DNA of 64,000 nucleotides. Source: an uncultured delta proteobacterium (lineage in GTDB: Bacteria > Desulfobacterota > Desulfuromonadia > Desulfuromonadales > JACZKF01). The stretch lies in NCBI GenBank assembly GCA_963816395.1, contig CAWFKQ010000005.1:128001-192000 (forward strand), in the 5' to 3' direction. A program made the translations under genes and the position numbers. Below the pieces are notes generated by a model. It saw only the letters and a list, made by a program, of their open reading frames with translations. It made no database searches and had not been told where the DNA came from. Numbering within the stretch: position 1 is the first letter of the stretch; each line of letters opens with the position of its first letter. Positions 54,480-64,000 of the stretch are shown in pieces.

Positions 54480-55823
54480 TCAGAAACGAGAGATCGCGAA
54501 GCGAAATTTCCCAGATCTTTCCTGCTCAATTCTATCCACCTTTGGATTTCGATCCAGAATGCCGGGAAATTGTTTCTGAAAATAATCTAGCAATTTCCTT
54601 TCAACTTCCTTTACAAACGCGGAATTCACCACCATTCGCAATAGCAGATGGTCCCGCCGGTTTTGGACGATCTGCATCTGCTCGATCCCTGGATAGACCG
54701 TCAGGGTGTTTTCGATCAGTGAAACTCCGGCGACTCGGCTGCCATCCATACGGACCAGAAAATCCGCCGTCCTGCCGACGACCGACTCCATAAGTGGCAG
54801 TCCGCGCCCGCAAGAACATTTCCGGTCGGTGGGGACACCGATATCCTCCACCTGGTAGCGAATGAAGGGCATGGCCCGATTCACAGGTCGGTGACCACGA
54901 TTTTTCCTTCTTCCCCCGGCCCGGCGGGGCTGCCGTCCGCCCGAATGAACTCGATGAACAGATGCTCGATATTGAGATGCAGCCCTTCATGCTTTTCGCA
55001 TTCCGAGGCGATCAAACTGACTTCCTCGCATCCGTACCGATTAGTCACCTTAACTTGGAAAACATTTCCTCGATCTTCTGCCGTTCATGCTCCAGAAGCA
55101 TCATGGAGGAACTGATAATACCCTTCGGCTTGATGGATTTGATCACTCAGATCCCGGACACAGACAGGCGAGAAGGAAAATGGAATGCGCATGTCCGAAT
55201 AGCAAAGATGGCTGTATTTTCTCCCAGTCCCGTGCGAATTTGAGGACGGCATCGGTCATCCACCCCCATGGTATCCAAAGAAGATAAATGGGCCTAGAAT
55301 CTGATTGTGCAACCATTCCTTCAAAGTTTTCGGCAGTTTCGGATTTCCCCAGACGGCGCCGATAGGCTCTCCCGGAGTTCCAGCCGGCCCAGCGATCGTG
55401 GCGCCAAGCGCAGGCATTGCGCAGTTCACTGCATTCCTCGGTAATGTAGATCTGCAGTGGCTTGCCGGTGGACCCGCCGGTTTTGAACTCCAGCAGGTCT
55501 GAAGCAATGAATCCTTGCTGATCATGGCTGGAGCAGAGCGGCGAATTTCCTCTTTGGTCAGGATCGGAATGCGGCCGAAATCCTCCGGAGTCCGGACCTG
55601 CTCCGGGTTTATCCCTGCAGAATCAAGCCGCTTCCTGTAAAAGCCATTTTGCTGATAGACAAATTCCAGCAGTTCCCGCAGCCGCTCCCATTGCTTCTGC
55701 CGAAGGGCGGCTTCAGGAAGGAATTGAGTTTTTTCCAGTTCCCTCCAATAAGCGAGCCTGGGACTGCCGCTTACCCGAAAATACAAGGGTCTCAAGAATA
55801 TTGCGCCTGGCCAGAGCTAGCAT
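54480..55823 (-). CDS. second phenylacetate-CoA ligase/CapK-like protein, several frameshifts
   Basis: FYRKRL..IPILTKEEIR; TGGSTG and NRYGCEE in shifted frames; NRAMPFIRYQVED, CSCGRG, SGKFRF. Confidence 0.8.
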
Positions 55824-55846
55824 GCGAGTCTCCGTCATATGCGGAT

Positions 55847-56976
55847 TTATGATCTACAAGAGAGTTGTAGTAGTCTTCCCACTGCGGCATCACCCGCTCC
55901 CATAGGTAGTCCTGCCTGAATCTTGCCAGGGACGCGCCTCCCATTTCCCGGCGCGAGACGGGCAGAGCGTGCTAACTTGCCAGCGCCTCGGCCAAGGCCC
56001 CGGGGATCACCGGGAGGGATGAGGATGCCATTAGCCTCATTGATCATTTCAAGGGTCCCCCCCACGGCCGTAGCTACTACCGGAAGACCGCAAGCCATAT
56101 ATTCGAGGATGGCATTGGACAAACCTTCACGGTCGGAGCAAAGAACTCCGACATCCGCGTATCTCAGAAAGTCCCAGACATCTCCTCGCGCCCCAAGGAA
56201 ATGAACTTTTCCCGACGAGTCCAAAGCGATTTCTACTGCCGCTCCAACTCAGGTTTCAGACTCCCTTCTCCTAACAAGTATGCCTGTACATCCAGTTCGG
56301 ACAGGTCATTCTGCAGCCGGGCTAAAGCATCGATAAGAATGTCATGCCTTTTAACCGGCTGCAGGTTGGCGGTGATCACCACTCTAAAAGGCTTAGAGGA
56401 GTCGTCCTGATAAATTTCTGGCTCTTCGTCGAACAGGGGAGTTCCACCCCATTAGGAATCACTCGGATACGCTCCGACGGGAATCTTTCCACACCGGCCA
56501 CATGATCGCGGATGGCTTCGGCATTGACGACGATGCCATCGAAAAGCGGTTGACTCCCGGCCGAAGTAACGAAAAGAGAGATGGTACCAAGGCTCTTCTG
56601 CACCGAGTCCAAGATCGCGGCGGCTGGCGAGAAGTCGGTAAGGATGGTGGCTGAGGAGCCTACCCATAATCCCCACAAAAACCGCATCTTCGAAAAATGT
56701 CTGCACGATCTGAAAACCCTCACGATCAATATATGCGGTGTATTTGCGTACCACGGCCCGGAAATTTTCCTTTAAAAAGCCCCGAAATCCTAGGACATAA
56801 CAAGGGCATGGCAAATCTTGCTGCTCAAGCCAGGAAGAACTCTGCAGGCATATCAGATGGGGTTCGAACCTGGTCCGGTCGATTCTTTTTAGAATCCCCA
56901 TGAGTTGTTTCTCCGTACCAGCTTGATCGGAGAAGATAATGTCAATCAAATATGCGATTTTGGTTCTATTCTGCAT
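55847..56976 (-). CDS. GT4 glycosyltransferase, frameshifted
   Basis: AGTEKQL, SRRDLG, VIPNGV, ANLQPVK, EGLSNAILEYMACGLPVVATAVGG. Confidence 0.85.
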
Positions 56977-57905
56977 TTTATTGATTTCTTGAAGCATTCT
57001 AAGGAGCAATAACTTGCATAACCCCTTGTATGGGGGAAAAGCAAATGGAGTAAAATTATAGCTCTCAAATAAAAATAAAAGGATTTTCCTAAATCTATCT
57101 CGCGGAAATAATAGGCTCTGTTCAAAGATGAATAAGCAAAAGCTCTCCGAATGGTTCTTTTAGATACAGATCCGGGGTTTTCGTCGATGAATTTCGCCAT
57201 AATTCGATCGGAGCAGCTCTGCCGGATTTCCATCTTTTTGGACATTTGCCCCGGATGCCCAATGCGGTACAAAAGTAAGGGTTCATCGACGAAAACGAAT
57301 TGATAATGCAAAGAAATCCGCAGCCAGAGATCCCAGTCGATTCCCATCGGCAGAGATTCGTCAAAGTTTCCTGCGCGCTTGAAGCATTCCCTACGTACTA
57401 GCGAGGAAGAAAACGGCACGAAGTTATCCATGAACAGAAAATTGGTTACCTTGCCGGAGCGCGGCTGCAGGTATTTTCCCGGAGAGGATGGACCAATTTG
57501 AATCCCCTCTGCATCAATCAGGTCAGCGAGACTGAAGACGACCCCTACCCGTTGGTCCTCGAATAGCAACATCTGCTTTGCCAATTTATCGGCTTTCCAA
57601 CGGTCGTCGGCGTCGAGAAAAGCGACGAACTCCCCCATGGCAGCAGCGAGCCCGGTGTTCTTGGCGACAGCCTGACCGCGGTTCTCCTGGCGAATGTAGG
57701 TGATGCGCGGATCGCTTAGGAAAGGCGCCGCCACTGCCTCCGAATTGTCAGTGGAGCCATCATTGACGAGAATAATCTCGAAATTTCGATAGGTCTGCCC
57801 GAGGATCGATTCCAGGCACCCGGCCAGGAAACATCCATAGTTGTAGCAGGTGACCACAACAGTAACCCGACCTTTTTCAACCATTTTTTCACCCATGGCC
57901 ACCAA
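56946..57905 (-). CDS. GT2 glycosyltransferase
   Basis: CYNYG, VNDGSTD, NRGQAVAKN.G, FLDADD, DWDLWLR. Confidence 0.92.
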   Translation of the reverse strand: MVAMGEKMVEKGRVTVVVTCYNYGCFLAGCLESILGQTYRNFEIILVNDGSTDNSEAVAAPFLSDPRITYIRQENRGQAVAKNTGLAAAMGEFVAFLDADDRWKADKLAKQMLLFEDQRVGVVFSLADLIDAEGIQIGPSSPGKYLQPRSGKVTNFLFMDNFVPFSSSLVRRECFKRAGNFDESLPMGIDWDLWLRISLHYQFVFVDEPLLLYRIGHPGQMSKKMEIRQSCSDRIMAKFIDENPGSVSKRTIRRAFAYSSLNRAYYFREIDLGKSFYFYLRAIILLHLLFPHTRGYASYCSLECFKKSIKCRIEPKSHI

Positions 57906-57914
57906 CCAGACCGC

Positions 57915-59533
57915 TCATATCGAATCTCCTCCTGAATCGGTCGGATTCGAAGGCCAGGCAAGAGGTGCAATCCGTCCCCGAGATCGAATCTGAACAACCA
58001 AACGAACAATAAAAAATGAGCCGAGGCCGAAGGCCAGTGACAGGACCAGCTTTATCCCCCCTTCAGCCAGAAGGTCGAAATTCCCTACGATTTGATCCAG
58101 GTACTTCCCGCCGCGGAAGGTATCGAAATGGATGGAATGCAGGAACTCGCTGGCCACCGGGAATACCCTGGCCTGGAAAAAGGGCCCCAGCCCAATCCGG
58201 CCAAGATCGAGGGGAGCAATAAGTAAATAGAGGATCGTGAACAGGGTTGCCAGATATCCAACCCTCTTCCATTGATACGGGATGAAGTAGTGCTTCTGGG
58301 CGATTTTCAGGGCTGCCATGCACTGGAATGCGGCAGCAAGACATGAGGAGACGACTGCCCCGGCAATCCCATACTGCGGAATCAGCAGGAGATTGAAAGC
58401 GAGTCCGACGATGGCGGTGGCCACCTGAATCCAGGAAATCTGCATCGTTGACTTGGTGTAGACCAGACCGAAACTGAAATGGTAGTAGGAATTACCAAGA
58501 ATCAGCGAGAGAACCGCCAGCAAGGCAATATTTCCGCCAACCCAGAATTCCGGCGGAGTCAGGAACTTCAGGAGGAGCGGGATCTCCAGGGCTAGAACCA
58601 AGCCGGCGAACAGCATGATAGCGAGATGGATAGTGAACACCTCGGCCATTGTGCTCGGCCCCTCCTCGTTCTCGCAGATCTCCAACTGCCGCATGGTCCA
58701 GGTCCGCAAGAAAGGTTCGCCAACCAGGAAGCCGATCAATGTGGCAAATTTGTAGAGCATCTCGAACACTCCAACCTGTGCCAGGCCGAGGAATGTCCGC
58801 AGAAGATAACGGTCGGCGTTGCTGCGTACGAACATCGCCACATACCCGGGCATCAGCGGAAGGCTGAAGGCGAAAGTCTGCCTTGCCACCGACCGGTCGA
58901 AACTGCAGTCCCACCTTGGCAAAGTGCATTGAGGTGCATGATCATCGAAAACAAGACCGAACCCGCCAGAGAACTGTAGAGGAACCCGTAAACCCCAAGT
59001 TCCATTTTCACGATAAAGAGGATGTTCAGGGCAAGACCGATGACGAGCCGAAGCAGCGCGAGAATGGAGAAAAAAATGGATTGCTGGTTGATGACGATGT
59101 AGGCCTGGGCGTTCTTGGAGGTCATCTCGGCCATAAAGGCCAGGACCGCAAGTTGGATATAGGGGCCGAGATCCGCCTTGCCGAAAGCCAGATATGCCAC
59201 CGGCCGGGAAAAGAAGAGGACCGGAGTTCCGACAGCGATGACCATAAAGAACATCAGGATGATCACCGTGGAGACCACGGTCTTTCTCTCCTCGGGGTCG
59301 TTCTTCTCGTAGTAGAAACGGCTCATCGCGCCGGTGATCCCGTAACCGATCAACAGGGTCATCATCGACAGGACGGTTTCGATCATGCCGAGTATGCCGT
59401 ATCCTTCGCCCCGCAGGTAATGGGCATAGATCGGCAGCATGATGAATCCCACCGCTTTCCCCAGGATACCGGCGAAGCTGTAGATGGAGGCGTGCTTCAA
59501 AGTGGAGCGAATATGGCCGCCGCCTTCAGACAT
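57915..59533 (-). CDS. Wzx-type polysaccharide flippase, frameshifted near 58915
   Basis: LKHASIYS..LPIYAHYL..YG, many TM helices, FSLPL, ADRYLL, LIPQYGIAGA. Confidence 0.85.
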
Positions 59534-60665
59534 AGGCCACCTTTCCGGCCGCCAGCAGCTGCCGATAGAAATCTCCGTACTGCCGGGCCATCCGCAAACT
59601 GGAGTATCTCTCGGCAACCCTGGTTCTGGCCCTGTCCGCTAAACCTCTCGCCTGCATCGTATTCTGCAACAGCGCCTGGAGACCGTTGGCCAGTGCTCCA
59701 GCCGACGCCGGCTTCAACCAACAGGCCCGCCGCGCCGTTCTCCAGTATTTCAGGCACAGCTCCGACGCGGGTGGCCACGATCGGAACGCCGGCGTACATC
59801 GCTTCCAGAACGGTGATCGGCAGCCCTTCGGTAAAGGAGGAGAGAGCAAATACCCGCAGCAGCGGCAGGTAATTGCGCGCGGTCGGTCGATATCCGGCGA
59901 GCAGCACCCGACCTTTCAGCCCCAATCGTCCGATCTGTTCCTGCAGGCGCTCGCGTTCTCCCCCTTCGCCGAAAATCACCAGTCTGACATCCGCTATCAG
60001 ATCGCGAAGTTGGCTGACTGCCAGAAGCAGATGCATAAACCCCTTCTCCGGGGAGAGCCGGCCAATGGCGCCGATCGTCATACCCCGCCCGGCAGAACGC
60101 CGCCAGCTCGGGGTCGAGAGGGGGACCGGAGGTTGGAGCCGGCAGTCGCAGGCCGTTGTGGATGATGTGGAAACGCACTCCGCAACAGTTCTGCAGAAAC
60201 GGATGCTGCAATTGCGACCTGTCGACGAGAACAACCCCGTCGTGCCGGCGCAGCAGGCGGGCGTCCAGCCATTCATACATCTTCATCCGGGTGAACCGGT
60301 CCAGGCTCGTATAGCCATGCACGGTGGTCAGCAGGGGCAGCCGCCGCCAGCGGCGGGGAATGGCGCCGAGGAGAATATTTCCCTTGTAGCCATGGGAATG
60401 CAGCAGGTCCATATTCTCCTGATGGGCGAAGCGAACAATGGCCAAGGCACCGGCAACATTCGGCCCGGGCCGCATGCGAAAGCACTTGACCCGGATTCCC
60501 CGCGCCCCGGCTTCGCGCTCGAGGTCCTTTTCCCCCTCCCCTTTCTTGCCGATGCTGGCGATGACGGGAACACAGCCGCATTTCCAACTGCTCCGAAGCC
60601 AGATCAAGAAGCATGTTCTCGGCCCCGTAGAAACCGCCACTGTCGATGACGTGCAGGATCTTCAT
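59526..60665 (-). CDS. GT4 glycosyltransferase, frameshifted
   Basis: MKILHVIDSGGFYGAE, HSHGYKG, TVHG, GRLSPEKG, EGLPITVLEAM. Confidence 0.88.
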
Positions 60666-60668
60666 CCC

Positions 60669-61813
60669 CTAACCCTTCCTCGGGGTCCAGACGACCTGCT
60701 TGCGACCGAGCAGAAATTTACCGAAAGCATGCCCGGCGGCGATATTCACCAGCAGAAAATAGTAGGGAAAACGCAACAGGCGCAGCCGCTCACCGCCGGC
60801 ACGAGCGAAATGAAACAGGAGCGCACCGGCATAGCCCAGGTTCTGGATGACGAACAGCAGCCCGGTAACCGGCGCCGGCATCCCACAGGGCGCCGTTGGC
60901 CAGGTAGGCGCCGATCAGGAAGAGGAACGAGAGGTAGCGCAGCACCTTGTGCGACCACAGCTGCCAGGCGAAGAGCGGATTCAGGCGCAGGGTCAGTAGC
61001 TGCCGCATGTCTTTCAGTGCCCAGAGGGCACGCAGGGATACCCGCACCCGCATGCGGTACTCGTCAGCCGGATTCTGCAGAGACGGCTCCTGAAGAACCG
61101 CCTCCGGTTCGTAGACGACCCGGTAGCCCTGCTCCACCACCATCAGCGGGAGGACAAAATCGGGCAACTGGTCGGCCCGCATGAAACGATAGAGCGACTT
61201 GCGTACGGCATCGATGCCGCCATCCACGCCGACCACCGAGCCGAGGGCGGTTTCGTATCGGCGCAGCCGGTTCTCGTAACGCATGAAGGCGCTGCAGCCA
61301 TCGCCGATGATCGTCCCCTGCCGGTCGACATAGACCATCCTGCCGGTGACATAGCCGACTTCCGGGTCGGCGAAATTGCGCACCAGTTTGCGCAGGGCAT
61401 CCGGGGCATAGAGGGAGTTGGCATCGGAGAAGACGATGATTTCGCCCCGGGCCCTGGCGCACCGCCCGGTTCAGCGCCGCCGTCTTCCCGGCGCGCACCT
61501 CCTGCCGGATCAGCTGCACCCGTGGATCGCCGATTCGCTGCACGACTGCTTCCGTGCGGTCGGTCGAGCAGTCGGAGACGACGATGACCTCCAGCCGGCC
61601 CGCAGGATAATCAAGAGCCAGCTTGTTTCTCACCGTGGCCTCGATGGCAGCCTCCTCGTTGTAGGCGGCGATCAGAATGCTCACTGCAGGTTCGATCGGC
61701 GCCGTCCGAACCGGCCTGGGGCGCATCCTGGCGAGCAGGGCCGCGAGCAGCGGATAACCGACAAAAACATACAGAACCATGAGGATCGATCCGAAAAACA
61801 AAGCGGCGGCCAT
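60669..61813 (-). CDS. GT2 glycosyltransferase with TM segments, frameshifted
   Basis: YVFVGYP, IAAYNEE, SDCSTD, GKTAALN, FSDAN, PDFVLP, SHKVLR. Confidence 0.85.
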
Positions 61814-61815
61814 GG

Positions 61816-62470
61816 TCAGGCGTCGCTCCCGGACATAGGAGAGAAAGACCGGGTAGAACGCCTGCAGAAAATCCTCCACCAGGCGCCGGCATTCGGCCGG
61901 GGTCTTTCCACCTGCCGGCACGCTGACCCGCACGAAGGCGCTGTCCTCAAAGCCGTTGAAAAGCCTGTCTCGGGCCAGCTGGAGTTTCTGCATGAAGGGG
62001 CTGGCGGCTGTCTCGTCATGCGCCTGGAACCAGTAGGCGAGATAGACGTCTCGAGATCACGGCTGGCCGTCATGGTGGCGAACGACAGGTCGCTCACCGC
62101 CGGCCAGAGTCAGCCGGTCCCCGGTCACCGGCGACAGCTGCCATCCCTGCCCGGAGAAACAGACCAGCGGATGGTGCGGTGCGCCCGACTTTGTCGGCGG
62201 AGAAGTAGTAGCCGACATAGAGGGAGACGACCTCACGGCCGTTGCTCAGGGAGAGGAAGGCGTAGTCGTCCGAGTTTCAGGTCCTCCACCACCTGCGGAT
62301 CGAGGGGGATCCGCCGGATCACCTCCCACCCCGGGATAGACGGCCAGGACGGTTTCCAGGCGCTGGGTCTTGCCTTTTCCTGCCGCTGCCGAATGCCGCA
62401 GGACCGGCACCGCGGTGAGTCCCAGGCAGAGCAGCAGAAGAATCAGTTTGCCGCGCAATCCACGTCCCAT
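61816..62470 (-). CDS. epsI: EpsI family exosortase-associated protein, frameshifted
   Basis: N-terminal TM helix; LKLDDY, HPLVCF.GQGW, YWFQ, DSAFVRVS in shifted frames; directly after the exosortase. Confidence 0.75.
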
Positions 62471-63316
62471 TTCGCCAACAATCTCCGGATGCAGATGATA
62501 AGAAGAATGGCGGCCATGAAGACACCGAGGCCGAACAGCTCATGGACCCGCCCCTGGGTCAGGTCGATGCCGAACAAGTGAAAACCCAGGACCATCAGCA
62601 GCACGCGCAGCACGTTGACGGCGATCGCCACCGGCAGTCCGGCGAGGAAGAGGAGCGTCCGCAGCGGGTTCGAGCGCAGGGTCAAATAGGCGAAGAGCAG
62701 ACTGACCGTCAGCAGGGAAATAATCGAACGCAGGCCGCTGCAGGCCTGGATGACCTGAAAGCTGTGCTGCGGCAGGTGCAGGACGTTGCCTTCGCGGAGG
62801 ATCGGGATACCGCCGAGCTTGACCAGGACCACCGTCATCCAGGAAACGAAGAGTCTGCAGCGGCGCGGTCAGAGAGGTGTAGATCTGGGCCGGGATGGGG
62901 ATCATGAACAGCAGCAGAAAAAGGGGAAACAGGCATTCCTTCAGGAGCGGCCAGGCCAAAGAGAAAAAGCACTCCGGAACCGAGGACGAAGACCAGGGAA
63001 AGGGAACTCAAGGTGGCAGATACCGGCCAGAAAGCCCACCAGGTAGAGCGCCAGGGAGGCGATGACGAGGAGCAAGCCGTAGCGGGCCGGGACGAACCGG
63101 CACCCTGCGCAGTCTTTCCCGCTTTCTCCACAACACGAAAAGGGCTATCGGCACGATGAAAAAGCCATGCGAATAATCCTCGGAATGCTGCCAGGCGGCG
63201 AGCAGGCTCCGCCAGACGGGCCAGAATGCCGCCAGGTAGGCCAGCAGCACGGCGCCGGCGAGCAGCATATCGATCGGCAGCAGCTTGCCGCCGGCGGCTT
63301 CTCCACTTCTCTGCAT
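62443..63316 (-). CDS. exosortase (EpsH family), frameshifted
   Basis: YSHGFFIVP, FMIPIP, REGNVL, ACSGLRS (Cys), NVLRV (Arg), HELFG (His). Confidence 0.9.
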
Positions 63317-63318
63317 CG

Positions 63319-64000
<682 letters not shown>

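Noticed and set aside
61064..61993. Apparent EpsI-GT2 fusion
   Set aside because: Better explained by an indel near the epsI end. A TGA at 61816-61818 sits just before the GT2 ATG, and indels are frequent throughout.

Overview
GC-rich bacterial chromosomal segment, most consistent with a Desulfuromonadales/Geobacter-like deltaproteobacterium (PpcA-type cytochrome c7, PEP-CTERM/exosortase/PrsR, double-PrkA operon). About half of the genes are broken by single-base frameshifts, including housekeeping gltD and bioB, which looks like uncorrected long-read indels rather than real pseudogenes. Left half: end of bioB-bioD-bioA; exeA/exeB; a six-hairpin glycosidase-like protein; a single-Cys DksA; small stress-type genes; a queuosine-salvage hydrolase; a DacZ-like diadenylate cyclase; a prkA-yeaH-spoVR-prkA operon; J-domain and HEAT proteins; gltBD; App1; D-tartrate dehydratase; patatin; YqaE; beta-PGM plus a GH65 phosphorylase; an AAA ATPase; and a lipoprotein-tethered triheme cytochrome c7. 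Right half (39.3-64 kb): a minus-strand PEP-CTERM/exosortase-associated exopolysaccharide locus (prsR, exosortase, epsI, glycosyltransferases, flippase, ligases, asnB, capA, GNAT, deacetylase). It is interrupted by an AT-richer plus-strand block of secreted proteins preceded by sigma54-type promoters. The most unusual signal is in that block. One protein has an N-terminal FN3 domain that lacks strand A, and a second FN3 domain split by a TM-RRR-TM/lipobox-Cys-Gly10 insertion. Its neighbour ends in a lone FN3 strand-A-like tail (PPPPPAGLHIVN). Together these suggest a strand-complementation surface-display system. No rRNA, tRNA, CRISPR array or IS element was recognised.
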